Assembly: GCA_964019425.1 (NCBI GenBank)
Contig: OZ025786.1
Span: 744,001-808,000, forward strand
Direction of reading: 5' to 3'
DNA length: 64,000 nt
Origin: Flectonema sp. DT1601
Taxonomy: Eukaryota
Part shown: one piece after another, positions 10,707 through 22,708 of the stretch
Layout: every line of letters begins with the position of its first letter
Position numbering within the stretch: position 1 is the first letter of the stretch
Notes under the pieces: model-generated
The model's input: the letters and a program-made list of their open reading frames with translations, nothing else
What the model was told of the DNA's origin: nothing
The model's database searches: none
Made by a program: the position numbers and the translations under genes

Positions 10707-12047
10707 TCACGATGATATAAGCTTCTTATTCTTAGGCCTAGTAATTGGGTTGTAGTGTTCAGCATGAGGAGTTGCACAGAATGAAAGCCAGAGAGGTTCT
10801 TGATCTCCAGATGCTGGTCGTCGAGGACGAATCTGATGGCACTTTTCTGACAATGTTATAACATGAAATAATAATCCACAAGAATCCGCTGCTGCCTGAA
10901 GGGTAACATGGTCTCCCCAAGTATCTTGACGTGACATATCCTTGAGGTATACCTTATATTCTTCGTCAACGAAAGGAGAATACTGATCTGGATTATTTTT
11001 CAGATGTTTTACAATTAGGGATCTGACTTCCCTGTGACGAGAGTCATCCCCGTGGAGGTGCCATGCGATAGATCTAAATAAACAATTACCATCAGCCTTT
11101 ACTGGATGTTCAATAAAACCAAATTTCTTTAGTTGTAAATCGAGAGCATCACGTTCCGTGTTGAGAGATTTCGCACGAGGACTACCCAAGGGAGGACCAC
11201 GAGGGCTAACTACATCAGCGAGTAGAATCGGATCGCTTGCAGGACGCTTAACAGCAGCTCTAGGTGCAGGTTGTATAGTTGTTTGTAGTTGAGGAGGTGG
11301 GACTGGATGCATCTTCGGTGATACTGTTCCAGGTGTTTGAATAACTCTCCGCTGCTGCTGTCCGTTCGTGTAACTTCCAGTCCCATAGCTGCCTGCCGAG
11401 TTGTACGCTGCAGAACTGTTGTAAGGAGTCGTTTTCGCGGAACCAACCGCTTCAGCAGAATTGATCCTCTGTCTTGCGTCTTGCACGCAAAGCACCAGTC
11501 CATTTATTGCCATTTTAATAATCGTGTTCACGCGTCTTATCGTTTCTTGATAAAGCGGTTCACGCTCATTTACAACGCTACATATTGGTACAATAGATCC
11601 TTTCGCTTCAATTATCACTTCTCCATTTGATGTTCTGAGATAAGGTGAGCGAAGCTCCCGGAATGAAATTCCGTTTTTAGTCGAATGGATCTTCCACGTT
11701 GATATGTCAACCTTGATACCGTAGTTGTCACTACCGTATCTCCAAGATACTTTAGTTAAGTCCCTTAGTAGGGATATAAGTTCATCGCTTACCTCACTGT
11801 CGTGAAGCCTTTTTGTGCTTATGCTGTTTAATTTAGCATTTTTTGTTATACTTGCTTCCACTCTGAGAGTAACTGTTACCTCACCTTCGAACTCTGTTAC
11901 GTCGGTAACGACTCCAGCTCCATATAATTTTTCACTTCCATCTCGTAGATACCTAACAATTCTAGGAACCTCTGATTGGTGATCGAAACCAGAATTTCTT
12001 AAATCTGTTCGTGAAATCCAAAGTTTTACGACATCGTGTCTATTCAT
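10707..12047 (-). CDS. OTU-domain deubiquitinase-like cysteine protease
   Basis: C-terminal OTU motifs VKADGNCLFRSIA, WGDHVTLQAAAD and EHYN; Pro/Gln-rich linker; N-terminal region not recognised. Confidence 0.9.
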   Translation of the reverse strand: MNRHDVVKLWISRTDLRNSGFDHQSEVPRIVRYLRDGSEKLYGAGVVTDVTEFEGEVTVTLRVEASITKNAKLNSISTKRLHDSEVSDELISLLRDLTKVSWRYGSDNYGIKVDISTWKIHSTKNGISFRELRSPYLRTSNGEVIIEAKGSIVPICSVVNEREPLYQETIRRVNTIIKMAINGLVLCVQDARQRINSAEAVGSAKTTPYNSSAAYNSAGSYGTGSYTNGQQQRRVIQTPGTVSPKMHPVPPPQLQTTIQPAPRAAVKRPASDPILLADVVSPRGPPLGSPRAKSLNTERDALDLQLKKFGFIEHPVKADGNCLFRSIAWHLHGDDSRHREVRSLIVKHLKNNPDQYSPFVDEEYKVYLKDMSRQDTWGDHVTLQAAADSCGLLFHVITLSEKCHQIRPRRPASGDQEPLWLSFCATPHAEHYNPITRPKNKKLISS

Positions 12048-12394
12048 TACCTGCTGTTATTAAAAAAAAAAAAAAAAAAACACAATCTTTTTTGTTTTTA
12101 TACCCTTTTTTTTTTTATATAAAAGAATGTAGTGATGCTTCAACTCTCATATTTTTATGACATCTGAAGGTGGGAAGATAAGTTGAGAAATTCAAAAAGA
12201 CTTAAAACAAAACTATTTTTTTTTTTTTCCTAGTAATTGGAACAGTAGAACATAACGACAGTTTTAAGCAAAAGAAAAGGAAAGAAAGGAAAGAGAAGAA
12301 AAAAAAATGAATATAAAAATTAAAAAAAAAAACCACGATAAAGAAAGAAGAAGGAAAAAGGAGGAGAAAAAAAAAGAAGAAAAAAAAACAAAAA

Positions 12395-12428
<34 letters not shown>

Positions 12429-12893
12429 TCTACTTTTAGTTAAGAGACGAATAACTTGATTGGAGCCGAACACGAAGCAAACGCCAGATTCCGTCTTCCA
12501 AAAAACTGAACAAACAGAAAAAGACACGGCTCTTGCATGCTTCACCAACATTGGCTGAAAGGTATAAGATACGAGAATAGTTCCTCACGGCGTTACGTTG
12601 TCGTAAACGTTTACTGCTAATGTAGCAAAGGAAGTGTTTCGCAACAGGAAAGAAACCCCCTTCTATGTTAAGTTGTTAAGGCATTTGAAACATAAAGATT
12701 ATATAAAAAAAAGGAATCCTACCTGCGTGTCTTACAGATTGCAAATCTGTGCATCTCCGAATAGGTTCAAAAGAGTTCTCGAAAATGATCTCTTCATTCG
12801 AACAGAATATCACTGCTCTTTGATACGTGGATTATTTTCCTTTCCAAAAAGGTCAGTTGTTTTCGTTTCGTAGGTTCTTGCTTTTTTTTTTTT

Positions 12894-14288
12894 GGGAAAA
12901 CCTCTAATTCCACGTAAATGTTACTGAAATGTCCGATCTCAACATGAAAGTTTCCGAAACGGACAGCTCCACACAAAAAAGTTTCCGAAATGGACAGCTC
13001 CACACAAAATAGTTTCCGAAATGGACAGCTCCACACACGAAAGTTTCCGAAATGGACAGCAAAAAAAAAATTTTTTTTTTGTTGGCGAAATGAATTTTTT
13101 TTTTTTTTTTTCTCCGTTGCCTGCACCCAAAAAAACTTTTCGCTAGTGAACAACTTTTTTTTTCCCGTATAAAATTGCTATGGTAGGTAGTTTCATTTTC
13201 GCTGTTCAGTAAACGGAAAGGTTTTTCTTTCGCTATTCACTGAAAGTGATATTCGGATTTTTCGCTGTTCGGTAAGAAAACAAGGTTTTTCTTCGTTCCC
13301 AAATACACCGGGATGGCCGAGATGGGTTGGTTCTCAATGAGGGAAGGAGTAATTTAAGGTAAAGCAAGTGCTGTAATTACAACTAATACGTGCAGGGCCT
13401 GAATCAACCTCTTAGTACTCCTTCAACAGGTGACATAATAATATATACTAGTAGCTCGCTAATCAAGTGAAAGTCAGTAGCGGAGTAGTTCGGCTGATTG
13501 AATCTTTAGAAAAGTGTTCCGTGGGCTACTTTCACAGAAACTCCGAAAGGACAGTACTGTGTGGCTCAGTGAGGTGATCTCAGACTTGAGAACACTAAAT
13601 GGTTTCGCCACTCCACAGCTATTCATGTCAAGCCCTAGGCCGCTGATCATGTATACTTGGTTTTTGCGCTCTCATACCTCATCTTGGTTGGTACGACGTG
13701 TAGCGGAGACTTGTCTCTGCGTAGGTGACCCGGCCCTGCACACATACCGAGCTGTATCACTCTTCTAAAGATTCATGATGTTGGATTTCTCTTGTCTCCT
13801 GTCTGACGCTTGTGATGCACCTCTAGTATTTTAATACACTCTGAACTCTCATGGTTGTATGGGCTGACAAGTCGGGACAAGTGTCTCTACCCGAAATTCG
13901 TCCATCCCTATACCTGGCCCTGCACACATACCGAGCTATGCCGATCCAGGGGCGCAGTCAGGCCTAGCCCCAGGTCACACAGGTTCGGTGTATTTCACTC
14001 ATCTCGTCGGATGGCCTTGCCTTACGTAGGAAAAAATATTTTTTTGGGAGAAAAAAAAATCCCCATGACTTTGGGCGACCCCGAAATGCACTGGCAGTAA
14101 GCTATAAAAAAAAAAAAAACAGCTGTCCATTTCGGAAACTTTCGTGTGTGGAGCTGTCCATTTCGGAAACTATTTTGTGTGGAGCTGTCCATTTCGGAAA
14201 CTTTTTTGTGTGGAGCTGTCCATTTCGGAAACTTTCATGTTGAGATCGGACATTTCAGAAACTTTTTTGTGGAATTATAGTTTTTCCC
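12894..14288. mobile_element. Foldback/Mutator-like non-autonomous DNA transposon
   Basis: 167-bp TIRs (12894-13060 and 14122-14288) with GGGAAAA...TTTTCCC ends, each holding about four 31-bp units (gtttccgaaatggacagctccacaca...). Both flanks are poly(T). No intact internal ORF. Confidence 0.85.
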
Positions 14289-15233
14289 TTTTTTTTTTTT
14301 TTTTTTTTTTTTTTCTTGAGTTCTGTATCTCTCGCATTCGAAACAAACTAATCTCATTTGATTCACTTCTCACAAATCACTTCCATAGAGTGATCGTTCA
14401 GCTACTATTTTTTATTTTTATTTCATTTTTTTTTCGGACGAAAAAAAAAAAAAAATAAGAATAGAAGACGGGTTCCCAATCGGTGGAACACCTCACGGCA
14501 CTGAAGAGATGCCGAAGTCGAAAGTTAAAAAAAAAAAAGGAGGGGAAAGCGAAGTTGGAGGGTGACAATAAATTACTACAAGCGGTTCACACACAAATAA
14601 GTTCACATAAAATAAAAATAAAAAAAATTTAAAAATTAAAAAAAGAAAGTTGGAGGGGAATTGTTTGTGCACGATGCCAAAAAGAAACTACAAAAAAAAT
14701 AAAAAAAATAAGCATCAATAAGAGAAGCCCATCTACCGGTCTTGTTGGCAACATTCTCGCCTTTACAAACTTGCTATGGATACTTAATTTCCGATTTGTT
14801 GTTTTTTTGTTTTTTTTCCCTCTTTTCTTCTTTGGCTAATGCAACGAATTAGTTCTTTTCACACACAGGGGGGCAAAAAAAAAGAAAAAAAAATTGGAGA
14901 ATTGAGAAAATGTGGCGAGTGCTGGACTTTCAGCAAGCGTTTTAACAAAAAAGAATCGTTCACCAGAAAAGGTATGGGTGATGCTACAACCACGCAGAAA
15001 GAAAATCGGGGTGAAGAACGGTGGGAAAAATAATAGTGGGGGAATAAGGGAAACGGTAAGAAAAAAAATAAAAAACTATCTTGGGAGGGGTCTATGTATT
15101 TATGTGCGTTGCTACCTGCTGGACCCCTTTGGGATCTCACCAGAGAATAAGCAAGCAAAGAAGTGTCTAACTACTAACTACTAATAATGAAACGGGAAAC
15201 AGAATTTTTATAAAAATAAAGGGGAGAAATACC

Positions 15234-15398
15234 TAACAGGACAGCTCAAACGGACTCTTTTCCTTTCATAGTCTGCCTGTCTACTCACATATGATACGAT
15301 TCCTATTCATACCAGTGAGCAATTTCAGAGCAACAGAACACGTCTTGCCAGACACACGCCACTGTAAGTAACTTCCTCACTATGAGACTGTCCTGTAA
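15234..15398. mobile_element. Possible Tourist/PIF-Harbinger-type MITE (159 bp)
   Basis: TAA|CAGGACAGCTCA ... TGAGACTGTCCTG|TAA: short imperfect TIR and a 3-bp TAA flank on both sides. Single copy in the window. Confidence 0.4.
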
Positions 15399-17047
15399 CC
15401 TTCTTCTTTTTTTTTTTTTTTTTTTTTTTTTTTTGATTCTAATTCCCTCCTATTGGGTGACGAATCGCACAGGAATTTTTTTTTATGCACTAATAATTAA
15501 TTATTATTATCTCCAAAAAAAAAATAAAAAAAACAGAAATAGCAAAATGAAATTATGACAATTGTAGAGAGTGCACTCCGTCAGTAATTTAAGTTCCTTT
15601 GCTGCTGACTATTTTTTATTTGTTGAACACAAAAACAACAAAATGACTATTTTGTACTGGCAATGACGCATTTATGCACAAAGGGAACAGGAAAAAGAAA
15701 ATTGGATCAACTAAGCATAAAAGGCTAGCAACAACACCACGAAATAATTGTAATCTCTTTCATCAGAAATTATTATTATTATTTTTTTTTTTTTGCAAGT
15801 GAATGGAAAATTTCGCAGTATGGCCTATGATAATTTCTAAGAGAAAAAAAACCCCCCGAAGACTGGCACTTACACACGGCCATTCGAATGGGCGCAGCAA
15901 AGAGTCGGAAAGTAAAACAAACTTTTACTGTGAGATCGTACTTTTTTTTTTTTTTCTTCTTTTTTTTCCATTATTGAATACTTAGCAGTTGTTTTGATCA
16001 GTAGTAGTTTACTATTATTATTTTCTTTTTTAACAAAAAAAAGAAGAAAAAGACTAAGGAATGCCATTACATTACGAATACACTGTCTCTGGTCTCTGTC
16101 CAGCAACAGTTTTTACTACCGACTGAACAACAACAACAAAAATAAAATAAAAAAAAATAACGAAAGCACGTTAGCTGGTAGTGGGTCTGCTAAAGCTGAC
16201 AACTTAATAAATCGCTTATTTTTTTTTTTTTTTTTTTTTTTTCTGATACTTATTGCTACAGGACTGTTGGGAGAAGGAAAAAAAAAAGGAATCTCCCATA
16301 GAGATTAATATGTGTAGCATTACCAGTCAGATGGTCGGCTGTGTTACCTTAGTTGACCCGAACACGTTTTACCACGCATTATTTTAAAAAAAAAAAGGTC
16401 AAAAAAAAAGTATCATAATGCGCGTCAATACACAATAGATAAACACACGAAGGAAGGAAGGTTTTCTTTTTTTTTTTTTTTTTTTTTTTTGAAGGGGGTT
16501 TGATAAGCACATTAAAAATAATGCGCATATATAAGGTAAGGTTGTATCTTTTTTTTTGTGCCTACAAAACCTATTGTTCGGTTGAAAGAGAATTGGGGTG
16601 ACGTAACTTAACCCGTTCCTTTCGAACAAAACAAAACAAAAGTGTTGAGTAAAAAAAAGTTTTATAAAAAAAAAAAAAAATGAAGTTGACTGAATTTTCT
16701 TTTTAAATTAAATCTAAACTGCGTTGTTTTCGCTTTATAAAATTTAAAAAAAAAGAAAAAAAAGAAAAAAAAGAAGAAACACTAAATTATAGATGCTATC
16801 GGACAATGTCCGATCGCTACAGTTGGTGTTTTACATTCCACAAAAAAGACTGATCTTCGCTATAAAATAAGCGGAAGAAGAACAAGTAATTTGCCGGACA
16901 CGTCAAAAAAGAAATCTTTGTTCTTTTCTTCATAGTTTTAGGTCGTTTTTTTTTTTTTTTTTTTTTTTGGTTTTTCATAGTATTTCAAATCCCGTATTAA
17001 AAAAAAAATAATAAAACAAAAAACTTTTCTCGAAAAGTTGGTTGAGT

Positions 17048-17536
17048 TCACTGGTCGTATCCGCTGTCATTTTGGGTAGTGGTTGAATAGTCGTAGTATC
17101 CATCCATTCTCTCTTGACTGTGATCGTTGTATCCGTTGTTGTAATCACGTCTGTACCCACCTTGTTGTTGATAGGCCACTACACCTGGAGATTCATAATT
17201 GTTTGGTGTGTGGATATGTTGATTGTAATGGTCATAGTGATGATGGTGCTGCTGTTGTTCCATCGCATGAGGTCTGTGTTTCTCTCTTCTTCGTCTTCCT
17301 TCTGGTCTATGAGGTCTGTATCCTCCAGCTCTTTCACCCATGTCTCCTGTTACTTGTTCATAACATCTGTCACAGAATCCCTTTCCTTCAAATGCTACTT
17401 TTGTTTTTGTCAGCAAGTCTTGACACTGCCAACATCTCTCACCTACTGCAATATCCCTCGTCTTTCCCATATAAGGGTTATGTCTATGAGGAGCATAGTC
17501 ACGGTCTTTCTTGCTGCTGCTACCGCAGTTACCCAT
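17048..17536 (-). CDS. Small putatively N-acylated protein with a CxxC...CxxC zinc finger
   Basis: MGNCGSSS start (Gly2 myristoylation, Cys4 palmitoylation pattern); CWQC-x14-CDRC; His/Tyr/Gln-rich tail. Confidence 0.8.
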   Translation of the reverse strand: MGNCGSSSKKDRDYAPHRHNPYMGKTRDIAVGERCWQCQDLLTKTKVAFEGKGFCDRCYEQVTGDMGERAGGYRPHRPEGRRRREKHRPHAMEQQQHHHHYDHYNQHIHTPNNYESPGVVAYQQQGGYRRDYNNGYNDHSQERMDGYYDYSTTTQNDSGYDQ

Positions 17537-17626
17537 TTTATGGTGGTAGTGTTTCCTGTGTGATACGAATATAAAAAATTAACAATAACATTATAGAGCT
17601 ATGCCTAGCGTGTGATACCAAAGTCA

Positions 17627-19900
17627 TCACACTGCTCTAGTAATAATCATTTGTAAGACACATAATGATGTTATAACTACCGCAAACAACATACGAGGAG
17701 CAAAAATCTCCCAAATCATCAAGTGTTTTCGATGAATAGATACAGATAGCAGTATCCCAGTTTGATGAATGAAAAAACAAGCAAACCAAGAAGCAGGACG
17801 GGGATATGGAAGGCAAAAAGAACTGAAAGTATTCAGACCGACCAAAGCAACCCCTTGCAAGGTATGATGCAAAACTGAGAATCCAACAAAAGCAGCACCA
17901 ACATCAATACCAGAAAGTGTTGTCTGATGTCCACTATTAAAAAAAGTACCCCAAGAAAGTAGATATAAAATAACTCCTTTTAAATTAGAATCATGTTGGA
18001 ACTCATTTACAACTTTTACAATAAAAAAATGACCAAGCCATACAGGAGTCGTTCTCAATCCAACTATCATTATAAAAAAATATTTAAATTTTACACTTTC
18101 GAATCTCCTATCAAAAACACCAATCACAAAAGTTAATATCAGTAAAATAATGTAACCCAAATCATGATAAAATTTATCAATGAGAAATATTTTTAAAACA
18201 GCTGTAATTGATAAGAGCAATACGAGGATGATGTTGTTTAGAAGGTCGACGAATTCTCTCATTTTTCTTTTTTCAATATAATAACAAACAGTCGAATAGA
18301 TGAAACAAGGAAAACAAATAATAACAATCATTTCTCTCATTGATAACACATCATGAATTGATACAGAATCAGATTGCTGAAGGACATGAGTTCCAAAGAC
18401 TCTAACCGATCTGCCTGGAACAAACCATTTTGACGTGACTAAGACTACCATAGATAAAGCAATAAGCATCTTACCCATTGGATCATTTTGTTTTAAAAAA
18501 CAAAATAAAAGAGTGCTTTGAAGAAGATACAAAACAACAGCTTCTTCTCTAATAATATAACTATTTGAGAGAAGAGAGATAGAGTGAATCACAACTGGAA
18601 TCATATGTACAGGAAGGGTATACCCATCTTTAAAAGAAGTCCATATAGCGATAAGCGCACACCAAACAACAGCAATATACATTAAGGTGGGGTTCATTTC
18701 AGCCCATGCAGAGCGAGCATCGTTAGACATCCGTAATATTATTCTCTTAAGTAAATCCTTAATTACGTTTATTTCTTTTTTCAAACTGTTGATTGTGATT
18801 TTACTGTTTTTTGATTTCCATGTTTTTGATATTTTTTCAACTTTTTTCGTTAAAAATTCCATCTCATCTCTGTAATGAACAATCTCAACACCTTGCCCAA
18901 GCAATCCATTATATACCTGCCACATGTTGACAACCAGATTTTCTATATAGCTAATCATAGTAGTGGTTGATTCAAGTGAAGGAGTACTCGACAAGAAGTA
19001 TATTTGTTCATTTAAACATCCAACATTAACATACGGAATAGGTATTGATAACAAACATGACAGAGTTGTCGTTAAATCTATTTGCTGAATATCATCAGAA
19101 GGAGGCATCGAAATTGAATTCGGATTTCTAATAACTTCAATTGCTGATGTTACTTCTAACTCTGTTCCTCCCCCATGTTCTCCACCATCAGTCATGCCAT
19201 GGTCTCCGAATATCAATATAATGTTATCGCTATTTGAGAGCTTAGCTGTAATATTATTTATATTGTCGTTTGCTTCTACTATTTTACGTCTCATTTCGGG
19301 ATGATTTTTTCCATAACGGTGACCTGCATGGTCAATTCCTAGGAAGTGTAATATCGTCAAATCATGAATTAATTTATTATTTTGAATTACCAAATCAAGA
19401 TGATTCATGATACCGTTATCAACAGTGTCCAAATCATGAACATTAAACGACGGGAAAACACGAAAGGTAGTCCAAAGATGTTTTGGATACAATGCTAGCC
19501 ACGTGTCGTCACCCATAACTGCTGTTGTCAGTCCGTTTATATTTGATTGCTTGAGAATATTGTCTTCCGTGATACTGTCTGAATCAAAAGCTCTACCCAC
19601 TTCCATAAACGCAGGTATTCCTCCTGTTCCGATTGCCTTCAGTCGTTGAGCCGTAGCTGTTGGACTTTCAGATAATAATTTTGATGTTTTTCCTTTCATC
19701 GATTCGATCCCATCTTCGCCATCCTCAGTAGTCATATCGTATCGTAACGCATCGATTATTATGATGAGTGTTGGGATTCTATCTCGATCGGTGAATTTCG
19801 CAACACCCTCCGAATCACATTGCTCTCTCGGAAGGATAAATCCTTTGAAGAAAACAATAACAATCAACAGTTGTACAACAACAACTGCTGCAACCTTCAT
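17627..19900 (-). CDS. PIGO: GPI ethanolamine phosphate transferase 3 (PIG-O/Gpi13)
   Basis: IIDALRYD, PTATAQRLKAIGTG, GDDTW, FPSFNVHDLDTVDNG, HFLGIDHAGH, GDHGMTDGGEHGG, multi-TM C-terminus ending HRKHLMIWEIFAPR. First ATG at 19900. Confidence 0.92.
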   Translation of the reverse strand: MKVAAVVVVQLLIVIVFFKGFILPREQCDSEGVAKFTDRDRIPTLIIIIDALRYDMTTEDGEDGIESMKGKTSKLLSESPTATAQRLKAIGTGGIPAFMEVGRAFDSDSITEDNILKQSNINGLTTAVMGDDTWLALYPKHLWTTFRVFPSFNVHDLDTVDNGIMNHLDLVIQNNKLIHDLTILHFLGIDHAGHRYGKNHPEMRRKIVEANDNINNITAKLSNSDNIILIFGDHGMTDGGEHGGGTELEVTSAIEVIRNPNSISMPPSDDIQQIDLTTTLSCLLSIPIPYVNVGCLNEQIYFLSSTPSLESTTTMISYIENLVVNMWQVYNGLLGQGVEIVHYRDEMEFLTKKVEKISKTWKSKNSKITINSLKKEINVIKDLLKRIILRMSNDARSAWAEMNPTLMYIAVVWCALIAIWTSFKDGYTLPVHMIPVVIHSISLLSNSYIIREEAVVLYLLQSTLLFCFLKQNDPMGKMLIALSMVVLVTSKWFVPGRSVRVFGTHVLQQSDSVSIHDVLSMREMIVIICFPCFIYSTVCYYIEKRKMREFVDLLNNIILVLLLSITAVLKIFLIDKFYHDLGYIILLILTFVIGVFDRRFESVKFKYFFIMIVGLRTTPVWLGHFFIVKVVNEFQHDSNLKGVILYLLSWGTFFNSGHQTTLSGIDVGAAFVGFSVLHHTLQGVALVGLNTFSSFCLPYPRPASWFACFFIHQTGILLSVSIHRKHLMIWEIFAPRMLFAVVITSLCVLQMIITRAV

Positions 19901-20992
19901 TCTCAAAACTCTATTTCATTGTTGTAAGCAGTAAGATTAAAGTCTGTTAATAATAATGTAATTGGCTAAGCTACTGTTAAAGGTTTGCTTTTTTGTTGTC
20001 GTCGTTTTTTTTTTTTTTTTTTTCCCCTTTCTTCTTTTTTTACTTTCTTTTTTGCACTCATAAAGCCTTAAAGGGGAAGAAAAAAAAAAGAAAGAAAAAA
20101 GATCAGACGACAGCTAACTAATTATATAATAATATGAATTATTTATTACCACAAAAAAAATAAAAATAAAAAAAGATAAACACAACAACGAAGTTATTGC
20201 TGCAACGAGAAACTACTTTTGACTTTTTGACATTATTTACTAACACAGAAAGTAATTTGTCAGCAAAAAAAAAAAACAATCAATAAAGTCAGGGGGGGTG
20301 AAGAGAAAAAAAAGAAAAAAAGGAGGGTTGAAAAAAAAAATCTAGTTAATTGGAAGGAAATACAAAAAGAACAATTTTAGCGGTGGCTTAATGAGCCAGT
20401 CCGAAATGTTTCTTTAAAAAAAAAAAAAAAAAAATACTAGCCACAGTCAGCTGAAGTTACTCAGTGATAGTTTTGATACCAGTAATTAAACTTTAGAAGA
20501 TCAGCATGAATATCTAAACGTAGTACGCCCACATATAAAACAAAATGAATGCTTGCGGTGTCACATACACTACAACGCATGTATAATTTGACAACAGAAC
20601 AGATTCTATGGGGAATAAAGGGAACTACGGACACAAATACTACGAAACAACATTCAGAAAATAGCATTTGATGGCTACCTATGGATGGATGCTATACAGA
20701 AAAGACTACTCATCGTTCTTATGCCTCAATAGATCAGTACATGAGGAAGCTCTACCAACATAATGATCAAACAGAAGGCTCAGTAATCTAATGACTAACT
20801 GATGAAAAGGTGAGGGTCATTGTCGTACAAAAAAGCTTTTCTTTTAAGAAAAAAGAAGAAAAAGAGAGAAAAAAAAAGAACTGCTAAACAACAGTTTAAA
20901 AGGTAGTTAACAATAGGCAATCGGTACATATAAAACATAAAATGGAACACTACCCCGATGTGAATCTGACGCATCTGGTACAGTGAACAGTC

Positions 20993-22285
20993 TCATGCAG
21001 AAGATGGTTCTTCAAAGACTTCCCTCGGTTGATGTGACTGAGTCCATTCTCTGAAGTTAGAGACCATGTTCTGATTGTTAATTTTATTTTTATATAATTC
21101 ATCATAAAACAAACTAACTAACTAACTAACTAACTAACATACATATAAAAAGACTTGCCATACCTTAATAACAGAACGCATCTCATCACATTTTTCTATG
21201 GAGTATTTTGGCTCATTATATAACATTGAGGATACAGGTAGTTCATCTACAGTTGAAGGGGATAACATCTTCAATGCTTGGTGGGAAGTTGCTCTTGCTG
21301 CAGGATGAGCAGCAAGAAGAGAGCATATCACGTCAAGTTCGTTGGAGGAAACGTCTTCTTGATCTCCTAAGGATTTTTCCAGTAGTTGTTTTCGGCTTTT
21401 TTCCAGTTTTAGTTTTTTGAATTCTCCGTGGATTTTCCCTTCAGGAATCAGTTCTTTTCCTGTTATAAGTTCGCACAGTATTAATCCTATCGCAAAGTTG
21501 TCAGCTTCGATACGATAACCAGACCCTTTACCAACAAGAGTTTCAGGAGGTAGGTATCCCTCAGTCATGCACTCCTTTGCAGGAGTTAATGGAGGACCAT
21601 ATTCAAATGCATTTTGAGGTTTACGAAGGGATCCAAGATCGATAATACAACCGTCTTGGTAGTCTTCACTGAGGACTACATTACCTGGTTTTAAATCTCT
21701 GTGTACAATACCAAATGAATGTAAATGTCTCACAGCAGAGAGAACGTAATTACTAATTTGTTTTCTGACATTTGATGATAGTTTAGGAACCGTACATGAT
21801 TTTGATGTTCCGTGATATAACTTTTCTAAGTGGGTTTGTAAAGAGAAATCATATCGTGGTAGTACTAAGAACAGACCGTCATTCGCATACCAACAGTCCA
21901 GTAGCTTTATTATATTATCATGCGGAGCACATGTCGTGAAGAATACCAAATTAAACAATTCCCTAATTCCAGATTCCAATTTTACATCGTCAATACAACG
22001 AATTTGTTTTACTACTATCTGTTTATCGTTTTCATCTACGCAACTGACGACTGATCCGAACGTTCCGGAGTCTAAAAAAGCGATTTCTCTATATGTCTCT
22101 GGTACAGATACGGTTATCTTTTCACCCTTATTATCCTTTACTGTTATATCTTTTAAGTGTCTTGGTCTCCATTGAAGCCAATGTAATTTTTTTCTCACTT
22201 CACAAAGTCTTTTTGTCGAATTCTCTGCCATTGGAGTGTTCGGTTCCCGCTCACTGAGTCCACGCTTTGCACGAACTTGGGTCAT
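20993..22285 (-). CDS. CMGC/MAPK-like Ser/Thr protein kinase, two exons (22285-21164, 21070-20993)
   Basis: DSGTFGSV, VVKQI, HRDLKPGN, DLG and TEGYLPPE motifs. An AAG|GTATGG donor and CAG acceptor (93-nt intron with a TTAG microsatellite) give last exon NMVSNFREWTQ...PSSA*. Confidence 0.85.
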
Positions 22286-22708
22286 TTTTTTTTTTTTTTT
22301 TTTTTAAATATAAGCAACTTAAAAAAGTTAAGTAGTTTAACAATTGATATAAAAATAAAAAAAAACAATTCCTTTTTTTTTTTCATGATCATATCCTTAA
22401 CAAAACGTAACAGCAAATTACAGGTGTACAATTTCATTGTTTATGAGAATGCTTGCACTTTTTTTCTTCGTTCTTTTCTATTATATCTCTTTTTTTTTTT
22501 ATATATATAAGAAATTTTTTTTTTTTTTTAATTTATTAATTCAAACAAGTGAGGGTGATTAATAATATTTAACATTTCAAGTTTAATAAAAATGAGAAGA
22601 TTAAAAAAATAATAATAATTTGTCTCTAGGGATAGGAATACAGGATATATATTTTTAAAAAAAAATTAAAAAAAAGAAAGAATAAGAATATTTCACAAAA
22701 GTGAAAAA

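Noticed and set aside
12950..13060. CRISPR-like array (GTTTCCGAAATGGACAGC repeats)
   Set aside because: The intervening sequences are only ~13 nt and nearly identical, the array is mirrored as a TIR, there are no cas genes, and the context is eukaryotic.
14495..14530. Hammerhead-like CTGAAGA...GAAA
   Set aside because: A short stem II is possible, but stems I and III with an NUH site cannot be built.
16798..16814. Perfect hairpin ATCGGAC-AAT-GTCCGAT
   Set aside because: Single short palindrome with no supporting context.
20790..20822. Hammerhead-like CTGATGA within an ATGAC/GTCAT stem
   Set aside because: No stem II-GAAA core follows.
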